DNA of 64,000 bases from NCBI GenBank assembly GCA_964016885.1, contig OZ024743.1:63054001-63118000 (forward strand), read 5' to 3'. The stretch comes from Eledone cirrhosa. Lineage: Eukaryota. This document shows, one piece after another, positions 1-12,365 of this stretch (its first letter is position 1; each line of letters begins with the position of its first letter). The notes below the pieces were generated by a model. It saw only the letters and a list, made by a program, of their open reading frames with translations, was not told where the DNA came from and ran no database searches. A program made the translations under genes and the position numbers.

Positions 1-445
1 CTTACTTATGGTCATGAATCTTGAGTAATGCCTCAAAGAATATGATCACAAATGCAAGCGGTTGAAATGGGGTTCCTGTAAAGGGTCTTTGGAATAACAT
101 TACTCAATAAAGTGTGTAGCTCAGAGATGAGAGAGTTACTCCAAGTAGAGCCACTACTTCTCCGAATTCAGAGATCACAGCTTCGATATTATGGTCATGT
201 GGTTAGAATGTCTCAGGATAGAATCGCTGGACAGAACTTATGGGCAAAACCAACTGGCAGGAGACCCAAGGGTAGATCCCGAGCAAGATGGTTGGATAAC
301 ATCCATGAGCTCGGCTGGCCTCGCTTGGGGATCCAGCTGGATCAATTAGAGATGTTTGCTTCTGATAGGACTGCTGGAAGGAGTGTTTGAGGATTCTGCC
401 CCCATGACCCTCTCAGGAATAAGTGGATGAAAAAGAAGAGAAAAG
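1..445 (+). mobile_element. 3' fragment of an older RTE-clade LINE (family C)
   Basis: ORF 112..390 has EPLLLRIQRSQLRYYGHVVRM...GRRPKGRSRARWLDNI, a typical RTE ORF C-terminus, followed by a GAA-rich tail. Confidence 0.8.
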
Positions 446-1107
446 GAAAATGGTAAGAGAAAAGGCCAAGTTAACTGCTTGACAAATTTTAAATTCAGTA
501 CTGCGAGAGGCAGAACTTCAAAGGAATGCAATATTTAGTCTAGCACTCTACTCAGTCAAGCATCTCCACCAGCTTATTTGACATCTAGACTTAATGAACA
601 AGGCTGTTTAGTTATGAAAGACTAACCAAATACTAAGAGACCTTATTTCAATGCTCAGAAAGAGACAGAATAGTTTTTTATGAGCTGAAATGATTAACAT
701 AGAGAATGCAAAGGCAGTGTGAATTGGATCTAAAATGTCTCATATATATATATATATATATATATAAATAATCACCATCACAATTGCTGTTTTATATTTA
801 TTTCCCAAGCTTGCATGGGTTAGATGGGTTGTTACAGTCAGAGGTCAGACATATCAGATGACTGCCTCACTCATACATTCCATTCTGGCATGGTTTCTAC
901 AATTGAATGCCCTTCCTAATGTCAACCGTTTCATGGCTTATACCATATATACATGAATAAAAATTTTGAAACAGTGTTTGGCATTCTCAACATGTGACAT
1001 ACCCACAGCTTAAAATATCCACAGTGAGACTTGCCATTTCAACAGCTATTTCAGTCTCTGGAACTAGTTGTTGAAACAGCAAGAGCTCAGCTGCCAGGCT
1101 CCAACTC

Positions 1108-1173
<66 letters not shown>

Positions 1174-4073
1174 CCTTTGCATGCATTTAAATCGATAACT
1201 CTACATGTTTAATCATAGCTCAAATATAATTATTTTATGTGAATTTCCCAGCCAAGATAGTTACTCATTATTGTTCATATATTTAGAATATAATATTTGC
1301 CAGCTTTCTACATTTAAAAAAAAAAAATGTAATATCAACAACAACAATTAATAATAACCACTGCCACTAACCCTCAATAGCACACTACCACCATCACCAT
1401 AATAATGGCAAATCAAAATTACGAAAGACCTTTCATTATCAAATAACCCAACACCTATTTTGAGAAATACTCCCAGAATAATTTGAATAAATGGTTAATA
1501 GCAAATATTAGTGACTTATAATTGGTAGGAATTACAACATCCGGGAAATCTCATGAGATGCAACTTCGTGGAAGGCCAGCTAAACCTACATAAGCATGAG
1601 CTGTAACAACAACAACAACAACAACAACAACAGGAAACCATCAATTTCCTCTCTGAGTTTTTTTTTCTTTTGTTTTGAATTGAGTCCATTCAGCTCAAAA
1701 CCCACCCACCAAAAAGAAAAGAAAATATTTAAGAATGAATGTATGAGGAATATATGACTAGAATTTCATAGTTCCAAGTTCAATTTCAATGGAAACATTA
1801 TGTGACAGAGAAAGAATTCTCTGCATGTATCTGGTTAAGAATCAATACACTGTATTTCAGCATGTCATTAGAGAAGACTAAAAGTGTTGGAACCAGGCAA
1901 GGCATCTGGCCATAAATCATTGCTTCAGAAGGGATCTCACAATGGGTAAGATGCCTGTTATGGTGCCTGCAAGCCTAACCCCAGCTTTAGCAGGCAAAAT
2001 GGCCTTAAAATGCTTGTGATATTGTTGTGACTTAGAAAGTCACACAAACAATTACACAAGTAGGCATAATATTGCTTCCCAGAATTCTTTCACATCTTGA
2101 AAGATCAATAGATTATGTATGCAGTTTCCATCCTTTCTGTTGAACATTTTTTAGCCTGTCTTGCATGGATTTGTCAGATAAGTAATTAAAAAACAAGAAA
2201 GCACCTGATTATGTTTTAAAACAATGATTAAACCTTTTGATACCAAACCACCTGGAACTGAACCTGGTTCTATGTTGCAAAACTGTTTGTTGTAAAGTGT
2301 TTATATTTATCTTAAAAACACCTTCCATCGCTATTTTATGTAAGGACCTTTCTTAAACACTGTTCCAAACATTAGATTAATTATGAAAAAGTTAGTTATA
2401 TTACTAAATCTCTCTAAATTCTTGATTATTTTCAAAATGTTTTGAAAATCATAGCCAGTGTTTTTCATTAGAAATATGGTAATGAAATGGTTAAAAGGTA
2501 AAGGTTAAAATTCAGTAGTTGAAAGGTTATGAAATACAGAGATGCATTTCAAAACTGACATAAGTTATTTGAAAATATCAGCCTGCAAAGGTAGTAAAGA
2601 ACAAGAGACTAAATGAGGAATGAAAATATCTACATAATTTTACAGCATTTTAATTCTATTCCTTCACTGATATTGTCCAATTTCAAGTATATAATATTAA
2701 CCATCTATCACCCAATGATTGATTCTTTGTTGATTTCAGTGAAAAGGATTTAGTTGTTCTATCAACTGATGAATATGTTTAAGTGGTTGGTGGTTGAATA
2801 TTCCCGAGACATGTGTACCCTTAATGTAATTCTCAAGCTGAATCAGCATGATACACTATGTGACATGACTGGACTAGACTTTTGAATTATAGGTACAATC
2901 CATCAAACGAGTTTCCATACAATTTCCATCTACAGAATTTCACTCCAATAATGCAGATGTGAAAGAGGATTCTTCGTTCATTTAACAATAAAAGAATCAG
3001 AATCAGTAAATGTTTCACTTTCTGTGATTAAATGCTATGTTGATAATTTCTTCCAATTTACAGAAATCTGCCAGAAATCAAAATGCTATATAAAGAGAAT
3101 ATAAAAATTTCATAATTTCTAAATAAAAAAAAATTTGGTTTGAAACATTAAGAAATAAAAAAGAAAATTGCAAACTTGGAGAGAAACCCAAACAACTTTG
3201 AAATTGAAAATAAATAAACCAAAGAGCAGAAAGTGGAGCATGTGACATAGAAACAATGGGTAGAAAAGGATTTCTACTACTGACATAGTGTTGGGGCAGG
3301 AGTAAATTAAATGGAATCAGCCCACTGACTGTGGAACACGCGCACACTCACACATATATATATATATCTTGACAAGAAAATGGAATAGACCAGGAATAAA
3401 AAAATATGGGGGAAGGATCAAACATACAAACTGGGTAGGATTTGGTTTACTTAACTTTTTAAAAACAGCTTTTGTTTGCTTTTTTTCTTTTTTTTTCTTT
3501 TCAGGAAATGTTTATAAAAATTGCTAAATTAATTTTTTCCAATGGAGGGGGAGAAATTGTCTTAAAACTATATATGATTCAGACATTAAAAATAGGACAG
3601 ACAGAAATTAAAAGAAACAATGGAAAAAATGTAAATATTCTAGTGGAATATAACAATATTGTTCCTTAAATTATTTTTAGATGAAAAGCTTTTAAAATTT
3701 CCATGTTTCTGTTACAAGAATTTCAATTGAAAAACAATTAAAAAAATTTTTTAAAAGGCAAGAGAAAGGAATATTGGCAAAAAAGCACCTAAAAATTTTG
3801 TTCTTAGATGAAAGAAAAAATTCAACTAAAAGAACTTGTTGAAAAACGTACAAAATGTGCTGGCTGATGGAATAGAAACAGTGGGAAGGAGAGAAAAAAA
3901 AAACAAAAAAAAAAAACAGTAAAGGAACTATAAGGGCCATTTTTTTTTTCAATCTGCAATAGTTATACAGCAGCTGATGTTAAAAAATTACTATAAAATA
4001 CCGCTTCCAAAGCATTCAGCATGTAGTCTGCAATGAAGTGTCAAGATGGAATTTGACAGCCTGGTAAACTTAC

Positions 4074-4871
4074 CTCGACTGGATAAGCATGCGATTCTTC
4101 ATGGTTCAAATTAGCCCTAGGTAGCCGGTCACGTGAAGCAAGCAGTGGGATTGAGCTGCCCCCAGATACTACTGGGAGCCCTGCTCTAGTGCTGACACTG
4201 CTCATGCTGGCTCGCGAGTCAGCATTGGATTTGACAGGGGACTGATAAACACCTGCTGGAGAGGATTTTGCTTGCATAAAAGATTCTTTCTGTTCATTAC
4301 TTGTAAATTTTGTAGCTACTGTAGGAGACTTACTATAACCAGGGTAATGGAAGCGGGGTGGCTGGATTGTGGGTGGCGGAGTTGTCCAGTCCGATGACAA
4401 AGTCCGAAAAGATGGAGATGTGCAAGCAGAAGAAATGTTTGGTGAATGTGACGAGTGTCTGATGGTTTGGAGCGCAGGGGAGTTCTGTTGGTTGGTAATA
4501 GTAGTAGAAGTAATAGTAGCAGTAGGAACTGTAGATGTTGCTATAGAAGGCTTATATAAATGAGGAGCTGGACTTGTAGAAGCAGCTTCTGCAGGAATGC
4601 CACTTGGTTCTTTAGGAACTACAGGCTGGGTAGTGTAGGCAGACGAAACTGGTGGTAAAGATATCTCTGCAGCAGGCTGTGCTGTCCAAGTGATACGTGG
4701 TTGTGTCATTTGTGTTAACTTCTTCACAGATCCGGTACTCTCCATGCTCACATTGGCACCTTTTGGAACTAGTCTTTCTCGGTAGACAACGAGTTTTATT
4801 TCTTTATCACTTCCCGTCAGTAAGGCTACAGCTTGGTCGTGGCGAGCATCTTGCATGTCAATACCATTGAT
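4074..4871 (-). CDS. scrib: scribble exon, PDZ2 C-terminus plus Ser/Thr/Pro-rich PDZ2-PDZ3 linker, 266 codons
   Basis: ttccctag|ATC...GTCGAG|gtaagt. Translates INGIDMQDARHDQAVALLTGSDKEIKLVVYRER...SHAYPVE. Overlaps ORF 4041..4856; YPVE precedes PDZ3 in Scribble proteins. Confidence 0.93.
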
Positions 4872-6279
4872 CTAGGGAATAGATAAATACTTATCAATGA
4901 AGCAAAATAGAATGACATACAACAGGAAGGATTTTTCTGCCATTTTCCCTACTGAAGAAGAGGTTAGCCTTAAGGATTTCACGATAAGCTTCTCTCTTTT
5001 GCTCTATCATATGCATGCCCCATCATCACTCCCTTGGCTTTCATTTCCTCCTCCAACATCTTTAACTATGTCTTTATTGACCTTCCTCTTCTTCCATTTC
5101 ATTCATTTCCATGAAGCAGAAAATTTCAAATTATTCAAAATATTTTCTAGTTTTGTTAAGATTTCCCCAAGCTATTTTACTATGATAGTTTATGATACTT
5201 TAGATAAATGGCATTTAACCCTTTTTGGTACAAAACTGCTCAAAATCACCCTATGATAAAAAAAACCTGTTTATTTTAAAGTGTTTATATTCACCAAAAA
5301 TCCATCCATCATAATTTTATGTAAGAACCTACAATAAGTTATGCTCGAAACACTGTCTAAATAACAAGATAGTTTATTATATTACTAAATCCCTGAAAAT
5401 TACTGATTATTTTCAAAATGATTTGAAAACTATAGGCAATGTCTTTCAATAAAAATATAGTAACGAAAGGATTAACAAAATAAAAAAAAAAACTGTTATA
5501 CATCAAGTTAAATTTACAGTTGAAGCATCTATTTGGATGATATTCCTCATTACTATAATGTTTGCCTTCTCTCAACTGCTTACATCCATTTCCCCCCAAA
5601 TTAACAAATTTGAAACAATTACTTTACAGACACAAGAGACATATTTTCATCATTTACAACTCAATTGTGAATAAATATTGGATGTTGAGGCTAAAGTTTG
5701 CTTTACAATTATTAAGTCTTGGGTAAGTGCCATTTACTAAAGCTTCAGATTGACCCATGCCTTGTGAGTGAAATTGGATAGATTGAAAGTGTTTGGAAGC
5801 CCTTTTGATAGATTGTACAGGCCCTATGATAAGTTTCTCCATTTGCCCTACTGTTTCCATCTCCATTCACCAATGCCTCGGCTTTCATTTCCTCTTCCAT
5901 CATGTCGATTTTGGTCCCCCCTCCTTTACTATTTCTACATTCATTTCCATCACTTCTCTCACCCAGTCACTTTCATCCTTCCTCAACAAATGAAACAACC
6001 ATCTTATTCTATTTTTTCACAACATTTATAACTGGCTCTATTCCCATCATCCTTTGCAATTCATTGACTTCTTACTGAGTGATTATCCACTCATCCACCA
6101 AACCATTTTCATTTTTTCCATAAATCATGGCACTTCTCACACATGCAGCAAACACCTTTACCTTCGGTTTCAGTCACACTTCCTCTCATCATTAGCACCT
6201 AAGCTATCATATATAGATAATATGTAGAAAAATATGGCAGTAAAAGAAGAGAAAGAAAGAGTGTGGAGGTGTGTTTTAC

Positions 6280-6360
6280 CGAGAGGATGCGATCTCCCAC
6301 AAACAAATTCCCGTCTCGGTGGGCAGCAGCTCCATCAATTATCCGTGAAATATAGATGGC
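6280..6360 (-). CDS. scrib: scribble exon, PDZ2 middle, 27 codons
   Basis: ttctttttag|GCC...CTCTCG|gtaaaa. Translates AIYISRIIDGAAAHRDGNLFVGDRILS, matching the Scribble PDZ2 pattern IFISRI-EGGAAHR-G-L-VGDRVLS. Confidence 0.92.
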
Positions 6361-7224
6361 CTAAAAAGAAATCAAAAACACAGATTAATATGGACTGAAG
6401 AGTAAAAGAGGCGATTTATATAGATTAGTGATTCTCAAAGCATCCATCCGCCTTGGTGCACTGCTGTGTGACAAAATGTAATTATATGTGTCACAAAAGA
6501 GCAAGATTTTATTTCAAAATGTGAAAAAATACAAATTGAAATTCGTAATATATAACTGTCAAAGTGTGAAACAACTAAATTAAGATTGAAAACATTGACA
6601 AAAAAAAAAAAAAAAAAAAAAAAACGAAGTGCAAGTTTTTCATTGATAATTTGGCTCCATTTATTGACTAAAGTTCAAATAATTTTTCTTTATTTTTAAT
6701 TACCTACTTCTATTTTATGTTAAGAAAATGAAATTAGGAGTTCAAATCTATTAAAGTTTAGCTAGCCTCCAGCAAGGTTGCATTTCAGAGGAGGTTGCTT
6801 TGGGTATTTTAATGATAAGGGCCCCAGTACATGAAATGATGCATCATGTTCAAGAACAGTAACAGACCACCTGGTCCAGGAATTGAACCCATAACCTCAA
6901 GTGCTTCCACTTCGTTTTATGCTATGCTGATAAGTATAAATACCTTGGAATACATTTTCAAATTTCAGTACAAATTGTACCAAAATATGTTTACTTGTTC
7001 TAAAGTGTATTGTGAGTTTTAAAAATATTTAGAAACCCCTGCATTAGCCAGACAGATACATTTGCAGTGCATGTGGCTAGGCTTCAGATGAACATTTGCA
7101 TGTGTGAGTATACCCATGAGAAGACATATACATATACTTGCATAACATGAGTGTGTAGTTGTATGTGTAATTTAATGAATGCATATATGTGATTATATTC
7201 TAATGTGTATGCTTGCACATGATT

Positions 7225-7368
7225 ATGTATGTATGCATATGTGTAAGTATGTATGCATACATGTATGTATGCATACATGCATGTATGTATGTATGCATGT
7301 ATGCATACATGCATGTATGTATGTATGCACACATGCATGTATGTATGTATGCATACATGCATGTATGT
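7225..7368. repeat. (ATGT/ATGC)n compound microsatellite
   Basis: Direct reading. Confidence 0.9.
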
Positions 7369-7885
7369 TTGTTTTTTCTAACAAGTAGTCACACTTTAAC
7401 ACAAGTTGGTTTCCATTGTATATGCATGTATATATGTATACATCAGCCTAAACCATGAAGAAGTAAACTAACTTTGTTGCAATGTTTATATTTGCCTACA
7501 ACAACAACATCTCAAAAAGTAAGAAGTTGCTGTTCTGAATGTTTTATTGTCAATATTTCCCCCTCTATTACTATATTCTTCACTAGAATTTAAACTACAG
7601 ATTACCTGTGGCTATGTGTAAAAAACAGCCTCACCCTACCTTCCCAAAGAGAAACACTGAACTAACTATTCACAGAGACCTTTGAACCAGATATTTCAAG
7701 CAGTATTGAAAGCAATAATTTCCAGAAAGAGAAAGATAAGGCAAAATTAATATATTTATCTTCCAAAATGTTCAGAAAGAGCTGGATCCAACCAGTCATC
7801 TTCATTATACAAAACCCATTAACATTTTTGATACCAAACCACCTGAAACTACCTCTAGTTCTACCTTTACAAAACCGTTTCTTTA

Positions 7886-9020
7886 TCTCCTTATAATATA
7901 TAACCAGCAATTTCTCTGTCTGTCTGTCCGACAGTGGAAACACGTGCGCGCGTGGTTGCTATCTCTCTCTCTCTCCAGCTATCCCTCGCTTTTAGTCTGT
8001 CTGTTTCTCTCACTCTCACTCTTTGTAACACTAACATTCCTCCCCTCTATCGCTGTGATGAATGAGGAGGAGAAGGCGGAGAGAGTCACTTCGTCACTTC
8101 ACCTCTGCCTTTCCTTCTCTCCCCTCTCACTCCCCCATTACGTACAGACATTAGGGCGGTGGATTGGCAGAATCTGTAGAGAGTCGGACACCATGCTTCA
8201 TAGCATGGAGTTACGTCCCTTTACGGTCCGAGTTCAAATACCGCCGAGGTTAACTTTGCCCTTCATCCTCACGGGGTCGATAAAATAAAGTACCAGTAAT
8301 GTACTGGGTAATTGCTGGCCTTGTGCCAAAAGTAGAAACAATTATTAGAAACATTGCTTCATTTTTACATATCTAAGCATTAGTAAAATAACTAATAATT
8401 TCAAAAGTAATTTTTCAATTCCAATTGTTATGAACAGCAAAACATTAATAATAATTTTGTTCTAAGAAATATATATATATATATATACACACACAGAAAT
8501 ATATGGGCATTTCTCTGTTTGTCTGTCTGTCCTTCCCTAAAACTCAAATGTAGGTGCTACAGAAATATTACCTTCCCCTTCCTTTCTCCACTTTGGTACT
8601 ACCAAGAGAAACACTGTCGCTATAGAAACATTACCTTCTCCTCTCCACTGACTTTGGTCACTGAGGCCGAGGGAATTGCTGGTTGCTATAGAGACACCTT
8701 GCACAAGCCAGAAGTAACCAGTTTGAGGCGGTTCTGACTTGACACCATGCCAAGGACCATTTGAAGATATATTTCCATCGTTATATCATAACGTTTATAT
8801 TTCCGTCACTAATCTCTTTTTCTCCTTTTTCGTTTTAACATATATTTATTTCAAAGATTTCACCGTATAGATAACATATATATTTATACATGCATAAAAG
8901 ACACACCGAGAGACGGTGAACATGTGGTGCCGAAAACATTTCTCATCCAAATCTCAACAATATCAGTATATACACTAGATTTGCTAGCAGAAAACCGCCC
9001 ACCGGGTGGTTTTCTTCTAG
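7886..9020 (+). mobile_element. Non-autonomous Helitron-like element(s), possibly two units (break near 8461)
   Basis: Starts A|TC and carries a (TCTG)n sub-terminal tract. Ends with hairpin GAAAACCGCCC-acc-GGGTGGTTTTC followed by CTAG at 9017-9020. Confidence 0.6.
8154..8346 (+). mobile_element. SINE family 1 (tRNA-like head) nested in the Helitron
   Basis: GGCGGTGGATTGGCAGAAT head, B-box-like GAGTTCAAATACC, body GGTTAACTTTGCC-TTCATCCT-ACGGGGTCGATAAAATAAAGTACCAG shared with many copies in the window. Confidence 0.75.
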
Positions 9021-9322
9021 TCTATATATCTAAAACAGAGAATGTCTGTCTGTTTGTCTGTCTATCTGTCTGACTCCCTAAAACTCGAGAACCACCCAAC
9101 CGATTGTTTTCAAACTTTACACATGTAATACTTATGGTCCTGTGAGTGTTTTGAGCAAAAAGTATTTCAAATTTTCAATGCCCTAGGGACCGCATTAGGT
9201 GATTTAGCAATCTCTCTATAATTCTTAGTCTGTCTTTTTAGATAGATACATAGCTACGACGTCACGCCCTTATAATATCTGTCTGTATGTCTGGCTGTCT
9301 GCTTTGCGACATTATGACGCTA

Positions 9323-9383
<61 letters not shown>

Positions 9384-9833
9384 AGTGTGTGTATATATAT
9401 ATACATATAGCGTGTAATGTTTTTCGAAATATTTACTTCTGCGTTCACAGATTGATTTTTTTAGTTTCAGAAGATCCTGTTAAGGGTGAAAGCAGTGACT
9501 CTTCGCTTAAACTTTAATCTGTTATTTTTATATATATATATAATTATATATTCGTGTACAGATATTTTTGCATACACAATAACAAAATATAAACAAACGT
9601 ATTTATTTCACGAGGCTCGACAGCAGCAAAAACAACAAAAAAGAGGGAACACAATTACATGCTTTTGAAAAATCTTAATGGAAAATTATTTGCCTATTCA
9701 CCCACGGCGACTTCACTTTTTATTAGGACTTCTGCATCAATTGGTGAACATACAACAAAACTGTTTCAGAAAGGAGGGATAAACATGCCAATCTATGTTT
9801 AGAATCCTGAGCAACGCTGGGTCATTCTGCTAG
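9021..9833 (+). mobile_element. Non-autonomous Helitron
   Basis: 5' TCTATATATCTAAAAC, 3' CCTGAGCAACGCTGGG...CTAG|T. The first ~280 bp are homologous to 18171-18450. Confidence 0.75.
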
Positions 9834-11110
9834 TATTTATCTAAAATCTTTCCATCATAATTTTATGTAAGAAACTTTATGTTCCAAATGCCTGCTTCAT
9901 AACGGGAGAGCTAGTTTTATTACTAAATCCCTCCAAGTTCTTTATTTTCAAAATTATTTCAAAAACATAGCATATTTCTAATAAAAGATACTGCCTCACA
10001 AAAGAGTTCAGACATGATAAGGTTTGTAGAATGAGAAAATTAATTTTTAAAGTAAACTTATATACTGTGCTTATGTACATGACTTTAAAATAAGGCACAC
10101 TATTCTACTTTATAAAGCAAATGTCAGTTTGGTTAATACTTTTAATACTATACTGTAATATAGAACAGTAGGCCCCAACCTTTTTTTCACAATACTACTG
10201 AGAGCCTTATAACGAATCTTTAACCCTGTGCTTCTATGATACAAAATTGGTTATTTTGAAGTATTCATATTTATCTTAACAACCTTCCATCATAATTTAT
10301 ATAAGTTATGTTTCCAATGCCAACTTAATAATGAGAAAATTAGATATATTATTAAATCTTTCCAAATTCTTCATTATTTTCAAAATCATTTGATAATCAT
10401 AGGCAGTGTCTTTCATTATGAATATGGTAATGAAAGAGTTGACTATGATTGACAGTCACTCTTCTCCATGACACTTAGCACCAGTGACTTTTCAACTCAA
10501 TTATTTTAGCTGAGCCGACTGAAACAATGTGAAATAAAGTGACTTGTTTAAGGGCACAACATGCCGCTTAGTCTCAAAATCAAACTCATGACCTTACAAT
10601 CATGAACTGAACACCCTAACCACTAAACCATAGTCTTTAATATCATATTGGTTAATAATTCCTTTTATATGAAGATATTTTAACAAAATTTAAACAACTT
10701 TGTATTTCTGATTGTAACTATACTTACCTGTAATTAGAATAGTTTTGAGACAAATTCCATAAAATAGATTTATGGAAGAACTTTTTGTTAAGTTGGATTC
10801 AAGACACAATTTTAATATATTAATAAATAAAAAGATTGCAGCCTTTTTATGAAAGCAGTCTAAAGTTGTAATTATTTTAGAATTTAACTGACACACAGAA
10901 GTGTATTTTAGTTAGAAATATAAGTAATGTAAGGGTTAAATATGTTAATAATAACATTGCTTAACCCTTTAGCATTTAAACCGGCCAGGGTTCTCTCACC
11001 TCTTTCTGTTCAAATTAGACATAACTAGCCACTCATAATTATGTTAAGGTATTGTTCTTAAAATAAATAATATCAAAATATTATAAATTCAATATCATGT
11101 GAGATATTAT

Positions 11111-11199
11111 AAGTAGACTTTAACCCTTTAGCATTTACATTACTCTATACTTACTATAAATATAGAGTAATGTAAATGTTAAAGGGTTAAAGTCTACTT
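11111..11199. repeat. Inverted repeat, 39-bp arms, 11-nt spacer
   Basis: 11111-11149 vs 11161-11199, one mismatch (11131/11179). Confidence 0.9.
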
Positions 11200-11444
11200 T
11201 AGGCCTGTTTGAACTACGGACAGTGAAATAAATATCAATTCTTTTGATATGACCTGCTTGAGACTGTCCCTGGGAGGAAAGAAAAGTCAAGTAAACTGAC
11301 TCCAGTATTTGGCTGGTACTCTATTTTATCAACACCAGAATGACAAAAGGCAAAACTGATGTTGGTGAAATTTGAACTCAGAAGGTAAAGATACATAACT
11401 AAACACTTCAAGGCCAGCCAGTACTATTGTTTCTTCCAACCTCT

Positions 11445-11710
11445 CTAAAGGTTGTAAGCCAGAAGGCTCGTTAGGCTAGTGCTTATTCTGGTTTCATGGC
11501 GTGAAGCGACAGAGTACAAGACACCCCTCTGGACAGGACGCCAGTCCATTGCAGGGTTAAACCCCCAGCTATCACTGGTACTCATTTTCAGCTGAGTATA
11601 CTGGAGCAATGTGAAATAAAGTGCTTTGCTCAAGAATGCAAAACGCAACCCAGCCCAGGATTCAAACTCTCATTATGATCATAAGTCCAACACCCTTACC
11701 ACTAGGCCTC
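11445..11710 (-). mobile_element. SINE family 2
   Basis: Sense head GGCCTAGTGGTAAGGGTGTTGG, then GAGCAAAGCACTTTATTTCACATTGCTCCAG. Related copies at about 10500-10630, 12950-13222 and 27185-27366. Confidence 0.65.
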
Positions 11711-11714
11711 ACAA

Positions 11715-12365
11715 TAATAGTAATTCTTTCTAACATTGACACACGGTCATCAATTTGGGGGGAATGGGAAAGTTGGTTATATCGGCAACAGTACTTAACT
11801 GGTATTTTATTTTAACAACCCCTGGAAGGATGAAATGCAAAGTTGACCTCAGTGAGATTTGAATTTGAACTCAGAACATAGAAATTTGTAACTAAACACT
11901 GCAACATTTTGTCCAACACTCTACCAATACTGCCAATCCACCGCCTTTAACAGATAATAATAATGGTATTTATGCAAGAGGTAATCTATTTAGACTCAGA
12001 ACGTAAAGAGCCATAACTCTATGCTGCGAAGCATGGTGTCCAACACTCTACCAATACTGCCAATCCACCACCCTCAATAATAATGGTTTCTTATTTAGAC
12101 ACAAGGCCAACAATTTTTTGGGGAGGGGAAAGTTGATTAAATTTAACCCAGTATGTTACTGGTGCTTTATTTTATCGAGCCCGTAAGGATGAAAGGCAAA
12201 GCTAACCTTGGTGGGATTTGAACTCAGAACATAAAAGGCCATCATTCTATGACACAAACCATATTGTCCGATGCTTTACCGATACTGCCAATCCACTGCC
12301 AATAATAATAATAATAATTGTTTCTACTTTTGGCACAAGGCCATCAATTACCCAGTACATTACTG
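11715..12365 (-). mobile_element. Cluster of SINE family 1 copies and fragments
   Basis: Repeated ttttatcga...aaggatgaaaggcaaag...gatttgaactcagaac...tactgccaatccaccgcc. Further copies at about 14525-14810 and 43020-43230. Confidence 0.7.

Noticed and set aside
8154-8245. tRNA gene candidates at SINE heads
   Set aside because: Only A/B-box-like motifs are present; there is no complete cloverleaf and they continue into multicopy SINE bodies.
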